A stretch of DNA of 64,000 nt from Cyanobium sp. Lineage in GTDB: Bacteria; Cyanobacteriota; Cyanobacteriia; PCC-6307; Cyanobiaceae. Position numbers and translations under genes: made by a program. Positions 39,680-49,078 of this stretch are shown here, piece by piece (positions within the stretch are counted from its first letter, which is position 1; every line of letters starts with the position of its first letter). The notes beneath the pieces are model-generated. The model was not told the DNA's origin. It made no database searches and saw only the letters and a program-made list of their open reading frames with translations. The stretch covers positions 52,592 through 116,591 of the forward strand of contig JBBASH010000001.1 in NCBI GenBank assembly GCA_040399305.1. Reading direction: 5' to 3'.

Positions 39680-41287
39680 TCAGATGCCGGCGTACTGGAA
39701 GCGCAGGCTGGCGGGATCGCCCCAATCGCCCTCAGCCCGGTAACCGCGACTGTTGTGGCAGAGGTGCCTGAGGCTCCAGAAGAGGGGTTCCGGACTGGAG
39801 AGGCCGAGGGTGGAGGCCAGCTCATCGAGGGTTCTGGCGCTGCCATCGCTGAGCAGGGCCTCCAGCCGCGACTGCAAGGCCAGCACCTCGGCGGCGGCCT
39901 TCTTTCCAGCCTCCACACCGGGCTGGTGGTAGGCGTTGATGTCGATCAGTTCGGCGTAGAGACCGACGGCCCGCTCAAAGAGGGCGATCAGGGCACCGAG
40001 AGCCGCGGCATCGAAGCGCCGCAGGGTGATGGTGAGGCTCTGGCGGCCTCCCTCGGCCAGGGCCGAGCGGGTGCCCTGCAGGAAACCCTCCAGGAAATCC
40101 TCGGGTCGCTCTCCGGCGATCGGCCCGATGTCGGCGGGATCGTCGAGGGCCTCAATGAAGGTCACGAAGAAGTTGTCGAGGCCATCACGCAACTGCTGCA
40201 CGTAAGCGTGCTGGTCGGTGGATCCCTTGTTGCCGTAGACAGCCAGGCCCTGGTGGACGGTTTGCCCCTGACGGTCGCGGTCCTTGCCGAGGGACTCCAT
40301 CACCAGTTGCTGGAGGTAGCGGCTGAATACCTCCAGACGATCGCGGTAGGGCAGCACCACCAGGTCGCGGCGGCCCTTGCCTTCGCCAGCGGCATACCAA
40401 GCGGCAGCCATCAAGGCGGCGGGATTGTCCCGCAGGCTCGGGCGCCGGGTGAGGGCATCCATGGCGGCGGCACCGGCCAGGAAGCCGCGGAGGTCGGCAG
40501 CGATCAGGGCGGCGGGCAACAGTCCAACGGCGCCGGTGATGCTGGTGCGACCTCCAACCCAGTCGGGAAGGTCGAAGCGGGCCAGCCAGCCCTCTGAAGC
40601 GGCGAGAGCGTCGAGCTGGCTGCCGGCCATCGTGACGGCCACGGCTTGGCGGGCCCAGTCGCCACCGAGGGCCTCAAGGCGGGCCCGGGCCTGCTCCATG
40701 CCGATGCGGGGTTCCGGAGTTCCGCCGGATTTGCTCACCACCACCACCAGGGTGGTGCGGAGCCGCTCACCCAAGGCCGCCAGGGTGCGGCTGAATCCCT
40801 GGGGATCGACGTTGTCGAAGACATGGAAGGGAAGGCCACGGCCTTCCTGCTGCAGGGCGCGGATCATCAGCAGCGGCCCCAGGCCCGACCCGCCGATGCC
40901 GATCCAGAGCACATCGGTAAAGGGGGTGCCGGCGGGGGAGGCGATCCTGCCGGCCAACAGATCGGAGCCAAAGCTCTCGATCCGATCGGTCTCACGGGAA
41001 ATCAGGGCGCCCGCCTGGGGATCCGGGGCCAGGGAGGGGTTCCGCAGCCAGTAGTGACCGACCTGACGGTGTTCGTCGGCATTGGCGATCGCTCCGCCCT
41101 CCAGGGCCTCCATGGCGGCGAAGGCTGCACTGAAGCGGGGTTCGAGGGCCTCCAGATCGGCGTCGCCGAGGGCCATGCGACTCACATCCAGCCAGACACC
41201 GAGATCCGAGTCATGCCAAAGGAGCGCGCAGAAACGCTGCCAGAGACCAGCGCTATCGCGGTCGTTGCTGAAGGACGGGGACGGCAT
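39680..41287 (-). CDS. pgi: Glucose-6-phosphate isomerase
   Basis: ATG at 41287. VVVSKSGGTPEP, GSTDQHAYVQQLRDG, and INAYHQPGVEAGK at the C-terminal region. Confidence 0.95.
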   Translation of the reverse strand: MPSPSFSNDRDSAGLWQRFCALLWHDSDLGVWLDVSRMALGDADLEALEPRFSAAFAAMEALEGGAIANADEHRQVGHYWLRNPSLAPDPQAGALISRETDRIESFGSDLLAGRIASPAGTPFTDVLWIGIGGSGLGPLLMIRALQQEGRGLPFHVFDNVDPQGFSRTLAALGERLRTTLVVVVSKSGGTPEPRIGMEQARARLEALGGDWARQAVAVTMAGSQLDALAASEGWLARFDLPDWVGGRTSITGAVGLLPAALIAADLRGFLAGAAAMDALTRRPSLRDNPAALMAAAWYAAGEGKGRRDLVVLPYRDRLEVFSRYLQQLVMESLGKDRDRQGQTVHQGLAVYGNKGSTDQHAYVQQLRDGLDNFFVTFIEALDDPADIGPIAGERPEDFLEGFLQGTRSALAEGGRQSLTITLRRFDAAALGALIALFERAVGLYAELIDINAYHQPGVEAGKKAAAEVLALQSRLEALLSDGSARTLDELASTLGLSSPEPLFWSLRHLCHNSRGYRAEGDWGDPASLRFQYAGI

Positions 41288-41481
41288 GGAGGCGGGGGGT
41301 CCTGGCTCTCCGGGGAGCCCTGCAGCCGCATCCAAGCCGATCCCAGGGGGGCTTGGGAAGATCGGCAGACGCTGAGGCGGGCGGCTGTGTGGTCCACCCG
41401 ACAGACCGAACCGCTCCGCCGGTTAAAGCTGAAGAATGTTGGAAACTGGAGGTGAGATCCTTCGGCGTTCATTCCCTGGCC

Positions 41482-42354
41482 ATGCCCCACCGGTTCCGCC
41501 TGCCCCCACGCAAATGGCGGCCCGGAATCCGACCGGCCGCCAGGCCCCTGCGGCTGCTGGCCCTGGCCTCACTCCTCCTGGTGAGCGGCTCCTTGGTGCG
41601 CAGCACCGTGAGCGCCTTCTACCGGCCCGTTCTCTTCCGCGAAGCCCCGGCGATCGGCAGTACCCCCGTGGCTTCCCCCCAGTTGGCCTCACCCACGGAA
41701 GGCCTGCGGCCCGATCCGATCGACTTCAGCACCGAAGAGCTCCGAGCCCTCAACCGACGCTTCGGCGTTCACGGCCCGCAACCGAAGCTGGCCCAGCTCT
41801 TCACCGAGGGGCTCGACAACCTGCTGCCGCTGCGCAGCCACACCCTCGACATCATCGTGGAGCTCCGCCCGGTGATCCTGGCCGAATCCCGGCGCCAGCA
41901 CATCAATCCGATGCTGGTGGCCGCCGTGCTCTTCGATGAGCTGCAGCATGCCAAGCCCGGTGAGAACACTCCCCTGGCTGCCCAGTCGGGCTTGTTCAGC
42001 ACCCATGGGGCCGCCCAGCTAAGCCTCGGAGAGATGGTGAAGCAGGGAAAACTCTCCCCGGATGCCACGGAAGCCGAACTGGAGCAGGCCCGGCTCGAAC
42101 TGCTCGATCCCGAGCGGAGCGTTGCCTTGTTGGTGGGTAAATTCGCTCGCCTCAGCAAGGACCTCGGACTTCCGACGAACCGCCCCCTGATCGCCAGCGC
42201 TTCCCACCGCGATGCCAAGGGACTGGCCACGCTGGCCTATCTGCACAATGGCAAGCTCGACTATCCCGGTCGGGTCCTCCGCTACATGCAGGATCCCGAA
42301 CTGCATGCCTTGATCTACGGGAGCCGCAACCGCGAGATTTCTCCTCTCATTTGA
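41482..42354 (+). CDS. Membrane-anchored hypothetical protein
   Basis: ATG at 41482 within listed ORF 41353..42354. Arg-rich N-terminus plus TM segment LRLLALASLLLVSGSLV. The remainder is protein-like (INPMLVAAVLFDELQH...LAYLHNGKLDYPGRVLRYM). Convergent with a cell-wall amidase. No domain confidently recognised. Confidence 0.55.
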   Translation: MPHRFRLPPRKWRPGIRPAARPLRLLALASLLLVSGSLVRSTVSAFYRPVLFREAPAIGSTPVASPQLASPTEGLRPDPIDFSTEELRALNRRFGVHGPQPKLAQLFTEGLDNLLPLRSHTLDIIVELRPVILAESRRQHINPMLVAAVLFDELQHAKPGENTPLAAQSGLFSTHGAAQLSLGEMVKQGKLSPDATEAELEQARLELLDPERSVALLVGKFARLSKDLGLPTNRPLIASASHRDAKGLATLAYLHNGKLDYPGRVLRYMQDPELHALIYGSRNREISPLI

Positions 42355-42409
42355 GGATGCCCGTTCCCTAGACCAAGGGAGAGCCCGAAGCCGCTGAGCG
42401 CGTTACAGC

Positions 42410-43282
42410 TCAGCAGATCACGCCTAGGGCAGCGAGCCGGCGCCGCAGCTGGCTCCAATCGAAGCTGCGGGGATCGGCTCGCTCCCGGCCCATATCGACG
42501 TGGCGATGGGTGGTGATCGCTTCCACGGGAATCGGATACCGTTGCATCCAATCGGCCAGAACGACCGCCATGGCGTCGTACTGGGCCTGGGTGTACCCAC
42601 TATGACCGGGTGCTTCGTTCTCGCCGTTCAGGGGTGATTCGAGGCTCAGGTGGAGGGCGAAATTGTTGATTGATCCACTCACCCGGCGGCTGGTCATCGC
42701 CCAGCGTCCCTGGAACGCGGAATAGCCGGCACCGAAGGCGCGCTTGGAAGGATCCACCGTGTCGACCACGGTCCCATCCAGCCCGATCAGGGTGTGATAA
42801 CTCACCTGGTCGTCGTCGTTGGGATGGGCGGTCTTGAAGGTGTTGATCGCCGAATCCAGTCCGTACACCGTTTCATGGAGCACGACGACCCGGGGGGTGG
42901 GATCGAGCCGGTCGCCGAAGACATCCCGCCGGAAGCGCTGGCCGTAGTTGGTGGGGTCGATCCGGATCCGGCGGCGACGCTGATCGAGATCGTCCATCAG
43001 GATCGCGAGCCGATCCTGCAGGGCCGGCTCCCGGACCGGACAGGTCTGGCGCAGGGGGGATACCCAGGGTTCTTGGGCCGGCGGGGCTGTTGCCCGTGGC
43101 CGGTTCTCCTGGAGCGTTGCCCTCTGGCGACGGGTGTCATTCAGAAGTTCGAGCAGGGAGGCGCCCGTTGCCTGATCGGCGGGGATCAGCAGGCCCCGGG
43201 CCAACCAGGCCAGCCCCCCGACGCTGAGCACTGAGGCAGCGGCGATCGCCAGGAGGAGGGGGCGGCGCGTCTCGGCGTTCAT
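42410..43282 (-). CDS. N-acetylmuramoyl-L-alanine amidase (Amidase_2 / PGRP fold)
   Basis: ATG at 43282. N-terminal anchor, then VVVLHETVYG...SYHTLIGLDGTVV...GHSGYTQAQYDAMAVVLADWMQRYPIP...ITTHRHVD. Confidence 0.85.
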   Translation of the reverse strand: MNAETRRPLLLAIAAASVLSVGGLAWLARGLLIPADQATGASLLELLNDTRRQRATLQENRPRATAPPAQEPWVSPLRQTCPVREPALQDRLAILMDDLDQRRRRIRIDPTNYGQRFRRDVFGDRLDPTPRVVVLHETVYGLDSAINTFKTAHPNDDDQVSYHTLIGLDGTVVDTVDPSKRAFGAGYSAFQGRWAMTSRRVSGSINNFALHLSLESPLNGENEAPGHSGYTQAQYDAMAVVLADWMQRYPIPVEAITTHRHVDMGRERADPRSFDWSQLRRRLAALGVIC

Positions 43283-44934
43283 GGCAAAAGGCTCAGCCAG
43301 CGGGCGCGCGCCTCGGCGGTGTGGGCCGCAGCGGCGGCATCGATCAAGAGCCGCCAGCGCTCGATTCCCGGGGGCTCGCAGGTCAGCTTGGTCTGCCTCA
43401 CGAGGCCATCGCGGCAGTAGAGCACGGTGATCGCGCCGGCAGAGCCGCAGCCCATCAGCCGGCGGCGGACGTCCTCGGGGCTGCGAAGCCGGTGCCGATC
43501 GAGGGCGAGCAGCTCATCACCCACCTGGAGTCCGGCCCGCTCGGCGGCACCAGCGCGGGCCACGCGGGCCAGGGTGGTGCCTCTGCCATCAAGCTGCCAG
43601 CCGGGAGTGGGGTGGGGGGAGGTTTCCGCCGAAAGCACCAGACCCACGTCCTCCAGGTAGCGATCTAGGGGTGGATCTTCCTCGCTTTCCAACCAGATCG
43701 GCAGCAAAGTGGACAGATCGGCGGCGTGGGCCACGAACGCAGACAGGAGATCCGGCCAGCGGTATCCCCGTTCCACCACCCCATGGCTGCGCCATAGATC
43801 CCTGAGCACCAGCGCCAGGGCGGAGCCGTGGCGGCGCAGGTGCAGATCCAGCACCAGGGCGAGCACGGCCCCCTTGAGGTAGTAGCTGACCTGGCAATCC
43901 ACCGCGTGGGGATCGGGGCGGTAGAGCTTCACCCAGGCCTCCTCGCTGCTGAGATGCAGCGACTGGACGGCCCGGCCCGGGGTGAGTCGGTAGCGGGAGA
44001 GATCGGTGCCGAGGTCCTCCAGTAGGTCCTTCTCCTCACTGAGGCCGGCCACCAAGGGAAGGAGCTGGTCGTAATAACTGGTCACCCCCTCGGCGAACCA
44101 GAGGGTGGGAACCACCGTGGCGCGGTCGTAATCGATCGGGGTGAGTTCGGCGGGTCGCAGCCGCCGTACGTTCCACTGGTGCAGGTATTCATGGGCCACC
44201 AGCTGCAACAGCTGGCGCCGGCCCTTGGGTTCGGCCAAGGCTTGACGGCCGAACTGGAGCACCGTGGCGTCATGGTGTTCCAGCCCGCCGTAACCCTGAT
44301 CGAGCAGGTGAAGCACGAAGAGATAGGAGGGCGCCGCGGGCCTCTCAACCCCCATCAGCCGGCAGCAGGCGAGGCAGACCCGTTCCACGTCGGCCAGCCA
44401 GGCGGGATCGGAGAGCACCAGATCCTCACCCCAGCCCACCCAGCGGTGCGGCACCCCGGCCACCGTGAAGGCATGGCAGGCATGGGGACCGGCCTCCAGG
44501 GGACTATCGATCAGCTGGTCGAAATCACCGGCTAGCCACCCCCCCTCCCCATCCGGCGGCAGGGGCAAAAAAGGATGCCAACCGGCGGGCAGATCGAGGC
44601 TGAGGCGGATCGGGGTCCAGCGCTCCCCTTCCACCTGGAGCACCACCCCAGCCAGGGCGAGAAAACCATGGTCGGCATTGAGTTGGCAGGTGCGCACCGA
44701 AAGATCGGTGGCCAGGATGCGCCAGCGCACCTCCAGCGGGCCGCCAGCGGCGGTGCGCACCTGCCAGCAGGCCGGCTCCAGCCGCTCCACAGCCAGCCGC
44801 TCATCGCCCTGCCACACCTGCAGGTCTTCGAGGGTCCGCACGTAGTCGCGGATCAGATAGGAGCCGGGGGTCCACCCCGGCATCCGCAGGCGAACGACGG
44901 GGGTGCGGGAGGAAAAGCGAAGGGTGGCCCTCAC
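43279..44934 (-). CDS. M61 glycyl aminopeptidase family protein with C-terminal PDZ domain
   Basis: HExxH in VAHEYLHQWNVRRL. PDZ-like GLQVGDELLALDRHRL. The listed start is GTG 44934, but family-like sequence (LQLHLDLREPHQHLV) continues upstream without a canonical start codon. Confidence 0.85.
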   Translation of the reverse strand: MRATLRFSSRTPVVRLRMPGWTPGSYLIRDYVRTLEDLQVWQGDERLAVERLEPACWQVRTAAGGPLEVRWRILATDLSVRTCQLNADHGFLALAGVVLQVEGERWTPIRLSLDLPAGWHPFLPLPPDGEGGWLAGDFDQLIDSPLEAGPHACHAFTVAGVPHRWVGWGEDLVLSDPAWLADVERVCLACCRLMGVERPAAPSYLFVLHLLDQGYGGLEHHDATVLQFGRQALAEPKGRRQLLQLVAHEYLHQWNVRRLRPAELTPIDYDRATVVPTLWFAEGVTSYYDQLLPLVAGLSEEKDLLEDLGTDLSRYRLTPGRAVQSLHLSSEEAWVKLYRPDPHAVDCQVSYYLKGAVLALVLDLHLRRHGSALALVLRDLWRSHGVVERGYRWPDLLSAFVAHAADLSTLLPIWLESEEDPPLDRYLEDVGLVLSAETSPHPTPGWQLDGRGTTLARVARAGAAERAGLQVGDELLALDRHRLRSPEDVRRRLMGCGSAGAITVLYCRDGLVRQTKLTCEPPGIERWRLLIDAAAAAHTAEARARWLSLLP

Positions 44935-44989
44935 CAGATGCTGATGGGGTTCCCGGAGGTCGAGGTGAAGCTGGAGCCGCTCGATGGGA

Positions 44990-45334
44990 TCAATCTCCGA
45001 CGCAGACCAGGGCGTCGCTCAGGTGACGTCGGGCCTGCCGCAGGGCGTCGCGGGCCGCGTATTCCCGTGTGATCCGGGCGAGCAGGGGCTCCAGGGAGCG
45101 CGAACGGCTGAGGCGCTGCAGGTCACCGACCAGGGCAAGGGAGCCATCGCCGGACAGGCACCAGCCCAGGGCGATACCAGCCTCAAGCTGAAGCATCACC
45201 ACCACCGCTTGCTGCTCACCGCCGAAACCCTTTAACTGAGCATCGCGCTGGGGGCTGAGGCCCATCGAACGCAAACAGGCCTCCAGCAGATCGGCATCCC
45301 GAAGCACCGTTGGCAGGATGGAGAGATGGGACAT
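44990..45334 (-). CDS. DUF1257 (Ycf35-like) protein
   Basis: ATG at 45334. MSHLSILPTVLRDADLLEACLRSMGL... is typical of the DUF1257 N-terminus. 114 aa. Confidence 0.7.
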   Translation of the reverse strand: MSHLSILPTVLRDADLLEACLRSMGLSPQRDAQLKGFGGEQQAVVVMLQLEAGIALGWCLSGDGSLALVGDLQRLSRSRSLEPLLARITREYAARDALRQARRHLSDALVCVGD

Positions 45335-45371
45335 GGGCGCCATGACCGCTTTTGATGACGTTAGCGAGGTC

Positions 45372-46049
45372 ATGCAGGCCATCCAGTGGCCAACGCCACA
45401 CTCTGCGAACGAAGCATCGGAATCCTGGCCGCGGTTGGAGCGTCCCCTGCGGCTCGGGGTGATGGCCTCCGGCCAAGGCAGCAACTTCGAGGCCCTGGTC
45501 AGGGCCTGCCGCGGCGGTCCCCTTTACGCCGACGTGGTGCAGCTGGTGGTGAACAACCCCGCCTGTGAAGCCCGCCAGCGGGCCGAACGCCTCGGCATCC
45601 CCTGCCTCCTGCATGACCATCGCGACCATCCGCAGCGGCAGGAGCTCGACCATCTGGTGGCGGCCAGCTTTGCGGCATGCGGCGTGGACCTGGTGGTGAT
45701 GGCGGGCTGGATGCGGATCGTCACCCCCGTGCTGATCGGGGCCTATCCGGGCCGCCTGGTGAACATCCATCCCTCCCTGCTGCCCAGCTTCCGGGGGCTC
45801 GATGCGGTGGGTCAGGCCCTAGCCGCTGGGGTGACCCTCACCGGCTGCACCGCCCATTTGGTGGAGGAGGTGGTAGACGCCGGTCCGATCCTGGTGCAAG
45901 CGGCAGTGCCGGTGCTGCGAAGCGATGACCATGGCAGCCTCGCCGCCCGTATCCAGGCGCAGGAACACCGGATCCTCCCCTACGCGGTGGCCCTGGCCGC
46001 CGTTCGACTCGATCAAGCCGGGGCCGCCACACCGGCCATTCAGGGGTAA
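45372..46049 (+). CDS. purN: Phosphoribosylglycinamide formyltransferase
   Basis: LRLGVMASGQGSNFEAL, VNIHPSLLPSFRG, and HLVEEVVDAGPIL. Start uncertain. ATG 45372 was chosen because ATG 45318 would overlap the divergent DUF1257 gene. TTG 45435 is also possible. Confidence 0.88.
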   Translation: MQAIQWPTPHSANEASESWPRLERPLRLGVMASGQGSNFEALVRACRGGPLYADVVQLVVNNPACEARQRAERLGIPCLLHDHRDHPQRQELDHLVAASFAACGVDLVVMAGWMRIVTPVLIGAYPGRLVNIHPSLLPSFRGLDAVGQALAAGVTLTGCTAHLVEEVVDAGPILVQAAVPVLRSDDHGSLAARIQAQEHRILPYAVALAAVRLDQAGAATPAIQG

Positions 46050-47104
46050 TAGGGCAGCTGGGGTAAGCCGGTGTTCGCCTCCAGGCCCGCCAGCAGGTTG
46101 AGGCACTGCACCCCCTGACCCGCCTGTCCCTTGATCAGGTTGTCGATCGCGCTCATCACGATCAGTTGGCCGGTGCGGCGGTCCACCTGGACCGAGAGCA
46201 GGCAGCGATTGGTCTGGCGCACCCACTTGGTGGAGGGATAGCTCCCCACCGGCAGCACGGCCACGCTGGCGCTGTTTCGGTAGGCCGCCGAAAGCAGGGT
46301 GGAACAGTCGTCGGCGGTGAGGCCCGGATCCCGCAGGCGGGCATACACGGTGGCCAGCAGGCCCCGCACCATCGGCATCAGGTGGGGGGTGAACTGCAGC
46401 TGAATCGGCTGGCCGGCGGCCTGGCCGGCGATCTGCTCGATCTCGCTGGTGTGGCGGTGGCCCACCACGCCGTAGGGGGCCACCGCCTCGGAAGCCTCGG
46501 CCAGCAGCAGTTGTTCTTTGGCGGCCCGGCCGCCGCCGGAAGTGCCGGTTTTGGCATCGATCACGATGCCGGCGGGTTCGATCAATCCCTGCTGCAGGAA
46601 GGGGAGCAGGGCCAGCAGACTGGCGGTGGGAAAGCAGCCCGGGGCGGCCACTAGGCGGGCCGAGCGGATGCGAGGCTCCTCCCACTCCACCAGGCCGTAC
46701 ACCGCTTCCTGGCAGAGGGCCTGGTCGCTGCGGGGCACCTCCCGGGCCTCGGCGGCATAGACCTCCTGCCATTGGGCCAGGGAGCGGTAGCGGTAATCGG
46801 CCGAGAGATCCACCACTTTCACGCCCCGCTCCAGGAGCTCGGGAACCAGGCCCGCCGCCAAGCCATTGGGGAGGCTCAGCACGGCCAAATCCGCCACCGC
46901 CGCAATCGCTTCGGGGTCGGGGGTGCGCACCACCGGATCGCCCGGCAGGGGCAGGAAGGGCACTAGATCACTCCAGCGGCGACCGCTGCTGCGCTCCCCG
47001 CCCAGGAAGGTCACCGTGAAGGTGGGGTGATCCTGGAGCAGCCGCAGGGTCTGCAGACCGCCGTAGCCGCTGGCTCCGATCACCGCGACGCGTGTGCCTG
47101 TCAT
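46040..47104 (-). CDS. argC: N-acetyl-gamma-glutamyl-phosphate reductase
   Basis: MTGTRVAVIGASGYGG and catalytic-Cys motif APGCFPTASLL. 354 aa. Confidence 0.95.
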   Translation of the reverse strand: MTGTRVAVIGASGYGGLQTLRLLQDHPTFTVTFLGGERSSGRRWSDLVPFLPLPGDPVVRTPDPEAIAAVADLAVLSLPNGLAAGLVPELLERGVKVVDLSADYRYRSLAQWQEVYAAEAREVPRSDQALCQEAVYGLVEWEEPRIRSARLVAAPGCFPTASLLALLPFLQQGLIEPAGIVIDAKTGTSGGGRAAKEQLLLAEASEAVAPYGVVGHRHTSEIEQIAGQAAGQPIQLQFTPHLMPMVRGLLATVYARLRDPGLTADDCSTLLSAAYRNSASVAVLPVGSYPSTKWVRQTNRCLLSVQVDRRTGQLIVMSAIDNLIKGQAGQGVQCLNLLAGLEANTGLPQLPYYP

Positions 47105-47220
47105 GCCGGGGCGCAGGGAACGGTGGATCGTACCGGGCTCTATAACTGCAGATCACCCCGAAGCCCATCGCCCTGGCCCAAGCCGCCTCCACCCCCCAGG
47201 CCCTGAGCCCGGAATCCGCG

Positions 47221-48903
47221 GTGCCCTCTCCGGCGGAGAGCCTCCAGGCCCCCTCCGCGCTGCGGTTCGATTCGATCGCCGATGGCCTGGCGGCGATCCG
47301 CAACGGCGAATCGATCGTGGTGGTGGACGATGAAAACCGGGAGAATGAGGGCGATCTGATCTGCGCCGCCCAGTTCGCCACGCCGCAACAGATCAACTTC
47401 ATGGCCACCGCAGCTCGGGGCTTGATCTGCCTGGCGATGGAGGGGGAGCGACTCGATGCCCTGGATCTGCCGCTGATGGTGGATCGCAACACTGACAGCA
47501 ATCAGACCGCCTTCACCGTGAGTGTGGATGCCGGTCCGGAGAACGGCGTCAGTACTGGCATCTCCGCAGACGACCGGGCCCGCACCATCCAGGTGGCGAT
47601 CCACCCGGACAGCCGTCCGGCGGACCTGCGTCGCCCCGGTCACATCTTTCCGCTGCGGGCCCGGGATGGCGGTGTGCTCAAGCGTGCCGGCCACACCGAG
47701 GCCGCCGTGGACCTGGCCCGCCTTGCGGGGCTCTATCCGGCGGGGGTGATCTGCGAGATCCAGAACCCCGATGGCTCGATGGCACGGCTCCCCGAGCTGG
47801 TGGAGTACGCCCGTCTGCACGGCCTGCGGCTGATCTCGATTGCCGACTTGATTCGCTACCGGCTCGACACCGAGCGCTTCGTGCGTCGCCAAGCGGAGGC
47901 CGCCATGCCGAGCGCCTTCGGCAACTTCCGGGCGATCGGTTTCCGCAACGAACTCGATGGCAGCGAACACGTGGCGATCGTGAAGGGACAACCGGAGCTG
48001 GCGGAGGGGCCGGTGCTGGTGCGGGTGCATTCCGAATGTCTCACCGGCGATGCCTTCGGCTCGCTTCGCTGCGACTGCCGACCCCAACTCGAAGCCGCCC
48101 TGCGCATGATCGAGGCGGCCGGTGAAGGGCTGGTGATCTATCTGCGTCAGGAGGGGCGAGGGATTGGCCTCATCAACAAGCTTCGGGCCTATTCCTTGCA
48201 GGATGGCGGGCTAGACACCGTGGAGGCCAACGAACGGCTCGGCTTTGCCGCCGATCTGCGCAACTACGGCGTTGGAGCTCAGATTCTCAGCGATCTGGGG
48301 GTGCACCGGCTGCGGCTGATCACGAACAACCCGCGCAAGATCGCCGGGCTAGGCGGCTACGGGCTAGCCGTTGAGGACCGGGTTCCCCTGGTGATCGACC
48401 CCGGTGACCACAACGCCGCCTATCTGCAGGCCAAGCTGCTCAAGCTCGGGCACCTGATGGAGGCCGATTCCGGGGCAGCCCAACCCCATGGCCTCAGTGC
48501 AGTGCTGGCCTGGTGCGGCGAGGCCGACAGCCGCACCGTGGCAGCACGGATCGATGAGCTGCGCCACTGGGCTGGCCAGCGGGGTCTGGTGCTGGAGGAG
48601 GAGGATCACCCCCGGCTGCTGGCCCTGCTGGACCAGCCCCGCCTCGCTCTTCTGCTCACGGCTGCCCCCAACGGCCAACTCTCCGCCGCCGACCTGGCGG
48701 GCCCGCTGATGGTGATGGCCCGCTGGGACACGACCCAGGCGGTGGGGCTCCTGCTGACCCCCGATGTACGACGGCGCAGCCACCCCAGCGCCGACCTCGA
48801 GCCCGAGGCTCGGGCCTTGGCCGATCTTCAGGAGAGCCGTGATTCGGCCCGCTGTCCCCTGCTGAACCTCACCCCCGGCGCCTTCATCCGCTGGCGAGCC
48901 TGA
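47221..48903 (+). CDS. ribBA: Bifunctional 3,4-dihydroxy-2-butanone-4-phosphate synthase / GTP cyclohydrolase II
   Basis: GTG at 47221. DHBPS motif [18 protein letters not shown] zinc motif [22 protein letters not shown]. The long C-terminal tail is as I recall for cyanobacterial RibBA. Confidence 0.93.
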   Translation: MPSPAESLQAPSALRFDSIADGLAAIRNGESIVVVDDENRENEGDLICAAQFATPQQINFMATAARGLICLAMEGERLDALDLPLMVDRNTDSNQTAFTVSVDAGPENGVSTGISADDRARTIQVAIHPDSRPADLRRPGHIFPLRARDGGVLKRAGHTEAAVDLARLAGLYPAGVICEIQNPDGSMARLPELVEYARLHGLRLISIADLIRYRLDTERFVRRQAEAAMPSAFGNFRAIGFRNELDGSEHVAIVKGQPELAEGPVLVRVHSECLTGDAFGSLRCDCRPQLEAALRMIEAAGEGLVIYLRQEGRGIGLINKLRAYSLQDGGLDTVEANERLGFAADLRNYGVGAQILSDLGVHRLRLITNNPRKIAGLGGYGLAVEDRVPLVIDPGDHNAAYLQAKLLKLGHLMEADSGAAQPHGLSAVLAWCGEADSRTVAARIDELRHWAGQRGLVLEEEDHPRLLALLDQPRLALLLTAAPNGQLSAADLAGPLMVMARWDTTQAVGLLLTPDVRRRSHPSADLEPEARALADLQESRDSARCPLLNLTPGAFIRWRA

Positions 48904-49045
48904 CCGGAGCGTCCATCGTGGTCGCAGGCGCGCATCCGCACCGGATCGGCCCGTCCGGGCACCAGCCCGTCTGCAGCACTTCAGGGTGAACGAAGAGCGT
49001 TGAGGAGACACCATCGGAGCTGCGATCCGAGGACAGCGGCGCTCA

Positions 49046-49066
49046 CCCATCCCCGGGGGGGATGGG
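49046..49066 (+). other. Perfect 9-bp hairpin 12 nt upstream of the start of the RTX-like gene
   Basis: CCCATCCCC (49046-49054), GGG loop, GGGGATGGG (49058-49066). It lies within a run of seven G. Confidence 0.4.
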
Positions 49067-49078
49067 GGCCGCCTCTCC

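Noticed and set aside
42393-42414. 7-bp hairpin GCTGAGC/GCTCAGC between convergent genes
   Set aside because: The stem is short and overlaps the amidase stop codon, and there is no U-tract. It is too weak to call a terminator.
47105-47220. Possible FMN riboswitch upstream of ribBA
   Set aside because: The spacer is only 116 nt, shared with the divergent argC. I could not find the conserved FMN-aptamer blocks on reading it.
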